Program-made: the position numbers and the translations under genes
Assembly: GCA_003554185.1 (NCBI GenBank)
Contig: PWFU01000029.1
Location: 298-64,297 of the forward strand
DNA: 64,000 nt
From: Candidatus Dojkabacteria bacterium
Lineage (GTDB): Bacteria > Patescibacteriota > Dojkabacteria > SC72 > T1SED10-24
Direction: 5' to 3'
Notes under the pieces: model-generated
Told to the model about the DNA's origin: nothing
Database searches by the model: none
Seen by the model: only the letters and a program-made list of their open reading frames with translations
Shown here: positions 1 to 10,084 of the stretch, in pieces
How the letters are laid out: each line of letters starts with the position of its first letter
Position numbering within the stretch: position 1 is the first letter of the stretch

Positions 1-1
1 C

Positions 2-3000
2 ATAAAATGAATCATCTTCGACCCTTTCTTTCCTTATTCTATTACCATAAACAGGTGACTGATATTCTTTACCAGTTGCATAAAAATCCACAATTTTACC
101 ACCAGAACTAACCCACTCCGTACTCAAACCTGGAGTCTCTCCAGATATATTAGAATGTTGCAAGCCTAAATCATTATAAGATGCAGCATCATCACCTTCT
201 GGCAAATTTATATTCTCTGCAGAATATACTAAACCACCACGTGTAGCAATCCAAGGGACTCCCAAATTTTGTGACACATACTCCTGAGTATAATTACAAG
301 CTCTATATACTGCAACAATTTCAAAATCTAATGCACCATCATGATTCCTTTTAATATCTATTAAATCTTCTCCCTCAATATTTCTATGATCAGGTACAAA
401 CTCCCCACTAATAAGCCCTCTTTGATGCATATTATGTCTAAGAGTAGGTACTTCACGGTAACGATTAAAATAAGCATCTACTTCTATTTCTAGACTATCT
501 CCATCTAAATCATAAATTATTTCACTATACTCGTCTATATCTGTTAAAATAACTCCATCATTATTTAAAGCTACATAAGACCTAATGAACCTCATACCAA
601 AATCATCTTCAGCACCCCAATTTAATTGCAATTGCCTTGCTTGACCATCAACTTCTTCAATACTTAGTTCTTTATCCTGCACACCACTGCTGTATGACCA
701 AGTATCTTCATTTGATGGTTGAATCCAAGGAGTTCCATTTTCATATGTTTCGTTACCCAGAATATCCACAGCTTTAGCTTCTAAATCATAGTGATTAACA
801 GTAGGTTCTATATTTTCAAAAGTAATTTCAAAAATCGCCTCAACTTCAGTACCATTACATTCCGTTTCTTTCAATTTACCATATATATTATCCTTACCAC
901 CTTTCGTAGGATTAGCCCTCAAACGTAATTCACGATCTTGTTGAAATTCTGTATATATTTCATCATCGGATGGAGCAGGTGAATTCACATCTATATCCTC
1001 ACAACCATCTTCGTCTTCAAAAATAACTTTAAAATACGCTGGATTATCTATACTACAATCAAATTTTGTACGCTCCAAATCATTTTCACCAGAATGAATT
1101 TTGTGCTCTAAATCACCTCCATCATATTCAGAAGCATCATTCTCCATATTCCCAGATAAACGATCATTAGGATTAGCATACTCTGGATTTGGATCACCAT
1201 CTTCAGTTACGGGAATAATTTCTTTAACTCTTTGCTTATGATTTACTACAAAATTCTTTTCCAAAGGTAAACCTTCCGCTAAACCTTCACATCTATTTTG
1301 GCTATAATTTGTTGATTCGATCGTATACTCTTGCCCCTCAACAAAATCATTTTGTGTATCATTAAATACCCCAGTCCTAGGTCCAACACTAATACCAGGC
1401 GTCATATTATAATCATATAACCATAAAAACTCCTCTCCAAAAATTTGAGAATGATCATGTCTAACAGACCATTGGCGTTCTAAACATAAGTTATGAGAGG
1501 GTAGAGGACCCCAATCAAGAGAATATCTCGCGATACCATCAAAAGGATCACCATCTTGATACCTTGGGTTATCATCATCTCTATTAGAAGCTCTTAAATT
1601 ATAATATGGTATACCAGAATTCATAGGTCTTGGAAAAGAAATTCTACGACTATCTGAATCTAATTTTGCTTCTCTAAAAAAGGGACCTGACCTCAACCAA
1701 ATAATACGCAAAGTTATATCATCAGGTTCGATTTCAGGCTCTGGATCATGTTCTCGTACATAACAAGTTCTATCTGCATAACACCTCGTATTGTTTGTAC
1801 AATGTTGATCTCGATGATATAAGTTTCCAGAACCTTGAGCATTTGACCAGTATTTAAAATAACCACTTTGATATTCCTCCTGAAAACCAGTTCCACAATA
1901 ACAACCACCTGAAACAACTCTATTACCACCATCACACAAACAACCATCATATCTACTATTAGTCGTACAACCTTTTCTAACTTCATTACATTCATCTATA
2001 CACTTTACTCCAGACCAACCTTTACGACACCAAACCACACCATCAGCACTACAAACATCAGCCCCACCATGCCCAACAGGATTATTATCCATAAACAAAG
2101 GTCCCCAACCAGTCCAAGCAGGGTCATGTCGTCTACTTACACCTTCCACCTCAGGACAATCAGGTTCATTCATATCACAATCATAAGCACAATCATAATC
2201 ATGATCCCAATCATCGGGTTTTTCATCTTTACAGGCTGAGCAAGACACAGAATCATGTATACCTTCGGGACATTCACACCTCCAAGTAGATGTTTCCCCA
2301 TAATCTGGAAAACCTGGTCTACTTACCAATTGACCTTCATCACAAAAACGCCCTGAACCCCAGCGATAATCATCCCATTCATACTCCCTACCATCCCGAC
2401 TACCACATTTCGGAGGATCCGCTTTAGGAGTTAATTTAACATCAAGATTAACTCTAGAGCCATTAGGTGAGAGACTTAAGCTACAAGTTTTTTCAGTCTC
2501 AAATCCATCTTTGCTAAATTTAAATTCCCACCTCGTCCAACAACTTAAATACTCTTCACAGTCACTGCCAGTACAACCCATAGCATACCCCCCATCACTG
2601 TCAGTAGTGTCACTATCTTCGCTTATAGAACTAGGACAAAGATTTCCAAAACAAGGTTTTGCCTCTACAGAAACCCCCGAGATCTCTTCCCCAGTAGCTG
2701 CACACTCTACCGTACCTCCGATCGCTCCTCTATGATACCTTGTTGCCAAGTCATCGTCACACTCATGATCATCCACAGGAGCTTCTCCAACAGAATAAGA
2801 ACATCTATTACAATTATAACTTTCTATTCTGTCACTATCATCAGTTTGAAATGCTGAGCCTAAAGCATAAACGTCATTAGAAAATAAACTAATAACCATT
2901 TCCAATATATCATTCAGGTATAGAGATGATATATAAGTTCTTTGCACATATTTATCCTTCTTATACTGCAAAAAATCTTCCCAAGTACTAAAATCACCGT

Positions 3001-3871
3001 CACCAATCCTATCAACTACAAAAAATATATAAAAACCAGTCGTATCAACTATTTCTGAGACATCACCTTCTTCTTCAAGAGCAGAAATAGCGTCCCATTC
3101 GCTTTCACCATCACCCTCGGGAAAAATTTCAGGAGCAGATCTCTCATTTATGCGCTTGTAACCCAAAGCACTATCTATTGGTCTAAAATATTCCTCCTGA
3201 GCAATCTCAACTACTTCGTCATAAGACTTGCCCTCTTTTATCATTTCATATAATTCAGTAATCTCGCTCTTTACCTTCTCAACCTTCTCATGCGATTCAT
3301 CATCAGTCACCCAATAGTCATGCCTCATATGAATAGCTTTGACATCGTAGTCATACAAAACCTCATCCGAGAGCTTCTCCTGCAAAATACTTAACTCTCT
3401 TCTATCTTTCGACATCTCGGGAGTCCAACCATTATATGCACTATCCAAGACTCTCACCATTTCTTCTTCACTACCATACATATCAACTAATTCCTGATAA
3501 TTTTTCTCTAATTCATCAGGATCCACTTCTATACCTCTTTTTTCAGCCTCTTTACGAATAATCATTTCCTCAATCAAAATATCGAGAATTCTAGCTTTAG
3601 AATTTTCTAAAGCTTCTTCATTACCAGTATACTCATAAAAGCCTTTCCACTGATTAGCAACTTTTTCATAATCCTTCCTAGTAATTTCTTCATTACCAAC
3701 TTTTACTAAAACATCATCTTCATCAACTACGAAATAGTCATAAACTAAATAACCCACTAAAAGGAAAATCACTAAAACAACTAAAAAAAGAAAAACCTTC
3801 AAAACCGAATTGACTTTGTTAGAAGCATTATTCTCTTGCTTTTGATTATCATCTTTTCTTTTTTCAGACAT
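2..3871 (-). CDS. Large membrane-anchored surface protein (at least 1290 aa, runs off the window edge): PrsA/SurA-like foldase region, carboxypeptidase-regulatory-like module, Cys-rich region, acidic ectodomain; probably pilus-associated
   Basis: Not in the ORF track. I read the minus frame from ATG 3871 to the edge and found no stop. MSEKRK...VLKVFLFLVVLVIFLLVGYLVY (TM), VLVKVGNEEITRKDY and ILDILIEEMIIRKEAEKRGIEV (SurA_N/PrsA-like), GDVSEIVDTTGFYIFFVV (degenerate parvulin end), about 30 Cys over nt ~2810-1760, and PWIATRGGLVYS near nt 256-220. Confidence 0.85.
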   Translation of the reverse strand, partial: MSEKRKDDNQKQENNASNKVNSVLKVFLFLVVLVIFLLVGYLVYDYFVVDEDDVLVKVGNEEITRKDYEKVANQWKGFYEYTGNEEALENSKARILDILIEEMIIRKEAEKRGIEVDPDELEKNYQELVDMYGSEEEMVRVLDSAYNGWTPEMSKDRRELSILQEKLSDEVLYDYDVKAIHMRHDYWVTDDESHEKVEKVKSEITELYEMIKEGKSYDEVVEIAQEEYFRPIDSALGYKRINERSAPEIFPEGDGESEWDAISALEEEGDVSEIVDTTGFYIFFVVDRIGDGDFSTWEDFLQYKKDKYVQRTYISSLYLNDILEMVISLFSNDVYALGSAFQTDDSDRIESYNCNRCSYSVGEAPVDDHECDDDLATRYHRGAIGGTVECAATGEEISGVSVEAKPCFGNLCPSSISEDSDTTDSDGGYAMGCTGSDCEEYLSCWTRWEFKFSKDGFETEKTCSLSLSPNGSRVNLDVKLTPKADPPKCGSRDGREYEWDDYRWGSGRFCDEGQLVSRPGFPDYGETSTWRCECPEGIHDSVSCSACKDEKPDDWDHDYDCAYDCDMNEPDCPEVEGVSRRHDPAWTGWGPLFMDNNPVGHGGADVCSADGVVWCRKGWSGVKCIDECNEVRKGCTTNSRYDGCLCDGGNRVVSGGCYCGTGFQEEYQSGYFKYWSNAQGSGNLYHRDQHCTNNTRCYADRTCYVREHDPEPEIEPDDITLRIIWLRSGPFFREAKLDSDSRRISFPRPMNSGIPYYNLRASNRDDDNPRYQDGDPFDGIARYSLDWGPLPSHNLCLERQWSVRHDHSQIFGEEFLWLYDYNMTPGISVGPRTGVFNDTQNDFVEGQEYTIESTNYSQNRCEGLAEGLPLEKNFVVNHKQRVKEIIPVTEDGDPNPEYANPNDRLSGNMENDASEYDGGDLEHKIHSGENDLERTKFDCSIDNPAYFKVIFEDEDGCEDIDVNSPAPSDDEIYTEFQQDRELRLRANPTKGGKDNIYGKLKETECNGTEVEAIFEITFENIEPTVNHYDLEAKAVDILGNETYENGTPWIQPSNEDTWSYSSGVQDKELSIEEVDGQARQLQLNWGAEDDFGMRFIRSYVALNNDGVILTDIDEYSEIIYDLDGDSLEIEVDAYFNRYREVPTLRHNMHQRGLISGEFVPDHRNIEGEDLIDIKRNHDGALDFEIVAVYRACNYTQEYVSQNLGVPWIATRGGLVYSAENINLPEGDDAASYNDLGLQHSNISGETPGLSTEWVSSGGKIVDFYATGKEYQSPVYGNRIRKERVEDDSFY

Positions 3872-3878
3872 CTGAAAA

Positions 3879-4259
3879 TTACTCTAAAATCTTTTCAATC
3901 TCCTTAACTAAAGAATCCATTGTCATTTCATTTTTAATTAAATAGGAGACAACACCCAGATCAAAACATTCTTTTATCGTACTCTCACTCGTCATATTTG
4001 TCAAAGCTAAAACAGGTGCATTCGAATACTTCTCCTCATTTTCTCCCTTCATTCTTAAAACCTCAGTACCATCTAAAACAGGCATCATAATATCTAAAAC
4101 AATCAAAAAAGAAATTTCATCCTTATGTTTTTCCATCATATCCAAACCTTTATAACCATCACTGGCTTTTAAAGTTTCATAACCTTTAGACTCCAAAAAA
4201 TCCGCATATGTATCTAACAACATCTCTTCATCTTCTATCAATAATATTTTTTTTGCCAT
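3879..4259 (-). CDS. Single-domain response regulator (CheY-like receiver)
   Basis: KILLIEDE, IVLDIMMPVLDG (phospho-Asp), LALTN, YLIK motifs. Confidence 0.92.
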   Translation of the reverse strand: MAKKILLIEDEEMLLDTYADFLESKGYETLKASDGYKGLDMMEKHKDEISFLIVLDIMMPVLDGTEVLRMKGENEEKYSNAPVLALTNMTSESTIKECFDLGVVSYLIKNEMTMDSLVKEIEKILE

Positions 4260-4294
4260 TATTCTAACTTTTAAATTTTAAATACATTTTTAAT

Positions 4295-5227
4295 TCACTC
4301 AGCAATACGCTCAGGTCTTAACTCGCCTGCACCATTAAATAATACGTAATCAAAGATGGGTGGAGCAAACGGTTCACTTGGCATTGCAAATTCTTTACCC
4401 ACATAACGATCTCCACATGTAGCACCTACTTGTATTAGAAAAATATCCTTCAACTCACAAGCATCGGAGGCATCCCAAGATAACCTTGAAAGACCACCTA
4501 AAGACTTGAAGCGTATTTCATAAATATTTACCACATCTCTATCTTGAGGCATGTCTTCAGGTAATTTTATCAGACCAGTCTCTGGAGCATGTTCCTTCCA
4601 ATTACCAGAATCTCCATCATATTGATACCCCTGAATATCCCCACGATCATAGGGTAGATATTTTTCACCAGGACCTCCATCCTTACTAAAGGTAGACATT
4701 ATAAAACCCTCAGGGTTATCTACAGGACGCATTTCAAAATCTATCTCACAACCCGAAGGATTTTCTGGTTTTAAAAACAGACTATATACCTCATCTCTTT
4801 CTATACCAACATCATCACGTTCTGTTCCATATCTAATACTAATATCAGCAGTACAATAATCTTCCACTTCACCAATTTCACCGAGTTCTCTTAATTCTTC
4901 CGATACATCAATATAATCATGTAATTCATCTAGTATTTCGGCAAAATCTTCCATACTAATATTTTCCTGATTACAACCTACCCCAAAATCATCACAATCA
5001 TCAAGCTCATGAGTAAAAACCTCTCCAACTTTGTTATAATCAGAACTGCCAATTATCCCAGCCGTTGTTTCTGCTATCTCATTGGCCTCCGCAGAAGCCC
5101 TTTCTCCTACCAACCTCTCTTGTTCTCTAACAGACCTAGTATACAAAGCGAAAACTATAACAGCACCAACTATCAGAAGAACCATAACCAAAGCAAGAGA
5201 TTGAGCATCGTATTTTCTGGTTTTCAT
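4295..5227 (-). CDS. PilX/GspK-like minor pilin
   Basis: KYDA|QSLALVMVLLIVGAVIVF class III-like N-terminus without Glu+5; last pilin of the cluster. Confidence 0.7.
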   Translation of the reverse strand: MKTRKYDAQSLALVMVLLIVGAVIVFALYTRSVREQERLVGERASAEANEIAETTAGIIGSSDYNKVGEVFTHELDDCDDFGVGCNQENISMEDFAEILDELHDYIDVSEELRELGEIGEVEDYCTADISIRYGTERDDVGIERDEVYSLFLKPENPSGCEIDFEMRPVDNPEGFIMSTFSKDGGPGEKYLPYDRGDIQGYQYDGDSGNWKEHAPETGLIKLPEDMPQDRDVVNIYEIRFKSLGGLSRLSWDASDACELKDIFLIQVGATCGDRYVGKEFAMPSEPFAPPIFDYVLFNGAGELRPERIAE

Positions 5228-5259
5228 AAAAAAATAAAAAGCAAATAACTAACTTTTAC

Positions 5260-5288
5260 ATTAAACAACATACTTATATCTTTGTCAA
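5260..5288 (-). promoter_or_regulatory. Putative sigma70 promoter for the pilX-like gene
   Basis: TTGACA-N17-TTTAAT on the minus strand. Confidence 0.45.
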
Positions 5289-5300
5289 TAATTTGAAATT

Positions 5301-6059
5301 TTAGTTATACCAATCTTCAAAACCCCTTGTTTGAACAACAAAACTTTTAACATGTTCGGGCATATTTTCACTTCCTAGTTCATAACTAGACATTCCTCCA
5401 ACTCCATATCTAGGTTCCATAGTTATATCAAACATAAATATGTCGTTAATTCCACCTTCCTGCCTATTAATATCAAAACCTTCTATACTAACTAAATCAG
5501 AGTTTAAAATCATAAAATCCTTCAAAAACTGATCCCCATAGTTATCATGTTCGGGATTAAAACAAGGGCCATCTTCGTCTTCATAAGTCTCCCAATCATC
5601 ATCATATTCTATTTTATTACGAGCAATAAAAACTCTATTCTCATCTAATCTAAAATAACCTATGCAAACAATCTCGCCCATTGAAGCAGAAGGGCGGTAA
5701 TGAATTTCAACCCCACTTTCGTTCTCAAGAGGACTTCCACGATCCCTAGAAGGGTAAAAAGTAGGATTTCGGTTAAACAACAAATTTCCCTCATCAGTTT
5801 CAAACTCTATATCACCATCTTCATCTACTACATTAACATAAATTCTTACTCCGTCATCCTTATGAGCATTTCGAATATGCCTGGTTATAATCTCCTGTAG
5901 ATATTCACCCTCCTGACGCATATTAGTCCTAGCCGTTATACTGTTAGAAGCTCTCATAAGATTTGTTAAAACATTTCCAAAAGCTATGAATATTATAGCT
6001 GTAATGAACATCACAATTATCATTTCTACAAGTGTAAAACTTCTATAATTAGTCATCAT
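5301..6059 (-). CDS. PilW/GspJ-like minor pilin
   Basis: NYRS|FTLVEMIIVMFI prepilin motif. Confidence 0.8.
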   Translation of the reverse strand: MMTNYRSFTLVEMIIVMFITAIIFIAFGNVLTNLMRASNSITARTNMRQEGEYLQEIITRHIRNAHKDDGVRIYVNVVDEDGDIEFETDEGNLLFNRNPTFYPSRDRGSPLENESGVEIHYRPSASMGEIVCIGYFRLDENRVFIARNKIEYDDDWETYEDEDGPCFNPEHDNYGDQFLKDFMILNSDLVSIEGFDINRQEGGINDIFMFDITMEPRYGVGGMSSYELGSENMPEHVKSFVVQTRGFEDWYN

Positions 6060-6579
6060 AAATAATTATTGCCAAATTATATGTATAGTCCTCCACATCT
6101 TCAAAGTCCTGAACATATCCAGTTACTATGTACCCCATATACATAGTCCCTTCATCTAAGTCCTTCCTATGATCTATGCAAAAACCCATATACGCCTGTT
6201 CTTGAACATCACCATTATCGCCATATTCAATATTATACTTAAAATCATCATTACCACACATATCACTCGAATCACTCTTCCATATATCATTATCTAAAAT
6301 CTCATCCTCATCGACACCTTCATCAACTGCATAGCAACGATCCTTATCAAAAGTATCTCCAGATTCCATAGGATCTCTAGTCCATTCTGCATATCTTCTA
6401 ACCCCTAAAGCACCTCTGTAAGCTAATCTAGTCAAAGCATCCTGTCTTTCCATTCTAATTGCTTCCCGATAGGTAGTAGATGTCATGTTTATAAATAAAG
6501 CTATAGCAATACTAGCCACAGCCATAGCTATCAAAACTTCTACCAAACCTACTGCTTTGTATTCTTCTTTTTTATACAT
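6049..6579 (-). CDS. PilV/GspI-like minor pilin
   Basis: EYKA|VGLVEVLIAMAV prepilin motif. Confidence 0.78.
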   Translation of the reverse strand: MYKKEEYKAVGLVEVLIAMAVASIAIALFINMTSTTYREAIRMERQDALTRLAYRGALGVRRYAEWTRDPMESGDTFDKDRCYAVDEGVDEDEILDNDIWKSDSSDMCGNDDFKYNIEYGDNGDVQEQAYMGFCIDHRKDLDEGTMYMGYIVTGYVQDFEDVEDYTYNLAIIIYDD

Positions 6580-6584
6580 TTAAA

Positions 6585-7391
6585 CTAATCCTCTCTGTGT
6601 AGTAAATTATCTACATGTATAACTCCTGATACTGGATAGATGTTTATAACTCTTTCCGACACACCATCATGACTCTTTATTTCAATTTGTAAAGGCTCAA
6701 AATCATCTTCATTAATATTCCAATCCCCCTCTTCTAAATTACCTTGATCATATCCTGTTAAATAACCCCCACTACCCCAACCCCAAACCCAACCAGGACC
6801 CGTTGCTCCTGTATACATAAAAGCTTTTCCTGTTACAGACTGGAAAAAAACTATCTCTCTATTATTACCTTCGGAGAATTCAAAATTAAGATTGTTATAC
6901 TCTTCAAGACTTATTTCTCTTTTATTTTCACGATTAGGGATATGATTCGCACCAATAGTCGCAGGCTCTCCTGTGCAAGTATCTTCTAAGTTCACCGAAC
7001 CAAAAAACTCCCTCCCACCAGCAGGGTGCATAAAATCATTATTAAATGGTACATCACTGGTATGTCTAACATTACTACCATCAAACCTCGATTCCGGGGC
7101 ACAGAACTTAAAAACCGTATAACTCGGATTATCTTCATCGGTTATATTTCCAAAATCAATCCCTACACCATAAACCCACCTATCATCAGATCTTCTTTCA
7201 ACCATCATAGCAGATCTCTGAGCACGCCTAATATCTTGAGTAATTTCTAGAGTTACTTCATTAACAGCATTAACATTTAATAATGAGCTAAATGCGGAAA
7301 AAACTATTCCAAAGAGGATAATCATAACCCCCATCACAACAATCATTTCTACAAGTGTAGCACCAGAATACTTTTGCATAATATTGAACAA
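6585..7391 (-). CDS. FimT/GspH-like minor pilin (start may be the ATG at 7379)
   Basis: KYSG|ATLVEMIVVMGV; EITQDIRRAQRSAM helix typical of FimT/GspH. Confidence 0.8.
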   Translation of the reverse strand: MFNIMQKYSGATLVEMIVVMGVMIILFGIVFSAFSSLLNVNAVNEVTLEITQDIRRAQRSAMMVERRSDDRWVYGVGIDFGNITDEDNPSYTVFKFCAPESRFDGSNVRHTSDVPFNNDFMHPAGGREFFGSVNLEDTCTGEPATIGANHIPNRENKREISLEEYNNLNFEFSEGNNREIVFFQSVTGKAFMYTGATGPGWVWGWGSGGYLTGYDQGNLEEGDWNINEDDFEPLQIEIKSHDGVSERVINIYPVSGVIHVDNLLHRED

Positions 7392-7412
7392 AATAATTCA
7401 CTTTTAAACAAT

Positions 7413-8183
7413 TTACCACACACCAAATATATAATCAAATGGATTAATACCTTCACCTTGAAAATATAAATTTAGTAAAAAACCTAAAAAAACAAAAGGT
7501 AAAAAAGGAACATATTTCTTAAAAAAAGTTTTGTCTTTTAAAACAAGAAAAATACCCACCAAACCACCTATAAGAATGGAATAGAGTAGGGTAGTTAAAA
7601 AGAAATCTAAAGGAAACCAAAAAGCTAAAACAAAAAAAACTATAATATCACCTAAACCAAAAGCTTTTTTCTTTAAAGAAATTAAAAAAACAAACAATGC
7701 AATTATTAAACTAAAAACAACAGAATATACCCTATACAAATCAAAATCTAAAAATAATATTATTAACCAAAACAAAAAACTTAAAAAGAGAACAACATCC
7801 GTTATATTCTTAGGAATTGTTTGATACAAAAAGTCAGAAGATGCCCAAAAATAGAGAATTAGGAGAAAAATGTAGTAATAGATATCAAAGGAATAGAAAT
7901 ATAAAAAAACAAAACACAAACCTAATATAACTTCTGTTAAAAAATGAAAAATATTAATCCTACAATCACATTCAGAACATTTACCTCTTAAAAACAAAAA
8001 AGAGAGTAGGGGAATTAATTCTAGCCATCCCAACCTCTTATTACACTCCTCACAAAAAGATTTACCAAGAAGAATATCCCTAAAAGAACTTTCTTGCTCT
8101 ATTCTATAAACACATAGATTTAAAAAACTTGCAAAAACAGATCCTATAAAGAAAAGAAAAATGTAATTTAATATTTCAAGCAT
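7413..8183 (-). CDS. pilD: Prepilin peptidase / N-methyltransferase (A24)
   Basis: SFLNLCVYR, CEEC...CSEC Zn site, SSDFLY and FGLGD aspartates, YVPFLPF. Confidence 0.92.
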   Translation of the reverse strand: MLEILNYIFLFFIGSVFASFLNLCVYRIEQESSFRDILLGKSFCEECNKRLGWLELIPLLSFLFLRGKCSECDCRINIFHFLTEVILGLCFVFLYFYSFDIYYYIFLLILYFWASSDFLYQTIPKNITDVVLFLSFLFWLIILFLDFDLYRVYSVVFSLIIALFVFLISLKKKAFGLGDIIVFFVLAFWFPLDFFLTTLLYSILIGGLVGIFLVLKDKTFFKKYVPFLPFVFLGFLLNLYFQGEGINPFDYIFGVW

Positions 8184-8200
8184 GGGATATTATACAATAC

Positions 8201-8235
8201 AAAAATCAAAGGACGCACCCATTCAGCGTACGTCC
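8201..8235 (-). terminator. Intrinsic terminator after the major pilin gene
   Basis: Minus strand GGACGTAC-loop-GTGCGTCC followed by TTTGATTTTT. Confidence 0.7.
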
Positions 8236-8264
8236 CTCATAAACAAAATTCTATTCCCAAAACA

Positions 8265-8795
8265 TCAAAAACTTCCAGCTCCATCATCTGCTTCAGGATC
8301 CCATGTATCTACAGCCTCCCAATTACCCTCACTTCCAGAATCCTGATCTTGGGTAATATTGCTCCAATCATCTACGCTATAAGCTAAATCATCAAATCCA
8401 GTAGCTTCAATCGCAGCACTAAGATTTCCCCTACAGACACCCCCATCCTCATCGTCCTCAGTATACTGAGCACATACAAGAAAAGACTGTTGACTATTAT
8501 CAGTCCAATAATAAAAATTACTCCTCGTACCACCATCAAAATCTTGAATATAATCACTTAGATAATCATCTACTAACGCTCCCATATCTCCAGGTTGGGG
8601 GAATACCCTAGCATTAGCAAAATAAGCAGTCAAACCAGCTTCTAAATCACCCACAGCTGCATTCTTTTCTGTTTCTGCAGCCATCCGCATCGCATACTGA
8701 CCACCAGCAATACCAGCAGCCATAAGAATAATCATTATCCCCATAACAATAAGCATTTCTACCAAAGTAAAAGCACTATAATTCCTTTTTTTCAT
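8265..8795 (-). CDS. Type IV pilin, probably the major pilin
   Basis: NYSA|FTLVEMLIVMGIMIIL; Cys pair; has its own promoter and terminator. Confidence 0.88.
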   Translation of the reverse strand: MKKRNYSAFTLVEMLIVMGIMIILMAAGIAGGQYAMRMAAETEKNAAVGDLEAGLTAYFANARVFPQPGDMGALVDDYLSDYIQDFDGGTRSNFYYWTDNSQQSFLVCAQYTEDDEDGGVCRGNLSAAIEATGFDDLAYSVDDWSNITQDQDSGSEGNWEAVDTWDPEADDGAGSF

Positions 8796-8832
8796 TTTCG
8801 TTCATTTTGATAATTTAAGTATCAGTGTTTTC

Positions 8833-8861
8833 AATTTACAACGTTCTTTTTCAAATGTCAA
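8833..8861 (-). promoter_or_regulatory. Sigma70 promoter for the pilin gene
   Basis: TTGACA (8861-8856)-N17-TAAATT. Confidence 0.6.
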
Positions 8862-8869
8862 TAGTCATT

Positions 8870-10078
8870 TTACATCATTACTTCAGCCAAACCAAACATC
8901 GGAGAATACACTGCCAAAGCGATAAATCCAATAACTGCACCCATTACAACAAGCATTACAGGTTCAAGCATTGTTGCCATATTATCCGCAATATTATTTA
9001 CCTCCTCATTAAAAAGTTCAGCCATTTTACTTAATATACCATCCAAAGCACCAGACTCTTCACCAACAGAAATCATTTGACCAATAATATCAGGAAAAAA
9101 TTCATTTCTTGATATTGGAATAGCAAGAGGAGTACCTTTTTCAACCTCTCCTTTAGCTTGTAAAACAGCATTTTGGAAATGCACATTTGAAAGGGCATCT
9201 GAAGTTAAACCAAGAGCTTCGACAATTGAAAGACCACTCTTTAATAGAATGGACAGAGTCCTCGTAAACTGAGTAAGCTGCATCTTAACCATTAAGTTAC
9301 CAAAAAGCGGCATTTTAAGCAAAAGAAGGTGGAACGAACGTTTTCCCCTAGGTGTATCTATAAACAGCTTGATTCCTATAGCAACAATACCAAGAATCGC
9401 CAATATCAACCACCAATATTCAATCATCCCATCACTTACAGCAATAGTAACCTGAGTAACCCATGGAAGTTCTGCATCAAAATCAGCATACATATCACTC
9501 ATAGCAGGGACCAAAACAAGCATCAAAAGTACAATTACAGCTATCATTATTACAACAATAATCGCTGGATATGTAAAAGCACTCTTTATTTTCGTTTGCA
9601 ATTTATCTTTCTCTTCAAGTTCATCAGCAAGGATTCTAAGCACCTCTTCTAGATTACCAGTTGCCTCCGCAGCTTCCAAAAGACCTAGAACAACGTTATC
9701 AAAGACACCTTTGTGTTTTTTAAAAGCCCCAGCCAAAGAAGAGCCTCCCTCAACATCAGAAACTACATCGGTAACAACCCTTTGGAAATATGGGTTTTCT
9801 ACTTGTTGAGAGAGAATACTAAGAGCTTTATTCAGTGAAATACCAGCTGAAATCATAGTTGCAAACTGCCTCATAAACAAGACCTTATCCTTCATAGGTA
9901 TACCACCTATATTAATCTCACTAAGTTTGCTAAAGTCATATCCTTCCCCACGAATATCTATAACTAGAAGACCTTGCCCTTGGAGTGATTCAGCAACACG
10001 ATCAACACTTTTTGCTTCTAAGACACCAGATACTTCTTTCCCATTTTGATCCTTTGCCTTGTATTTAAACTTTTTCAT
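8870..10078 (-). CDS. pilC: T4P platform protein PilC/GspF
   Basis: FKYKAKD..G, RQFATMISAG, AFTYP, GEESGALD, LEPVMLV. Confidence 0.95.
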   Translation of the reverse strand: MKKFKYKAKDQNGKEVSGVLEAKSVDRVAESLQGQGLLVIDIRGEGYDFSKLSEINIGGIPMKDKVLFMRQFATMISAGISLNKALSILSQQVENPYFQRVVTDVVSDVEGGSSLAGAFKKHKGVFDNVVLGLLEAAEATGNLEEVLRILADELEEKDKLQTKIKSAFTYPAIIVVIMIAVIVLLMLVLVPAMSDMYADFDAELPWVTQVTIAVSDGMIEYWWLILAILGIVAIGIKLFIDTPRGKRSFHLLLLKMPLFGNLMVKMQLTQFTRTLSILLKSGLSIVEALGLTSDALSNVHFQNAVLQAKGEVEKGTPLAIPISRNEFFPDIIGQMISVGEESGALDGILSKMAELFNEEVNNIADNMATMLEPVMLVVMGAVIGFIALAVYSPMFGLAEVMM

Positions 10079-10084
10079 AAGATA

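Noticed and set aside
1714..2735. Track ORFs 1714-1995 (-) and 2511-2735 (+)
   Set aside because: They are shadows of the uninterrupted frame running from 3871 to the edge.
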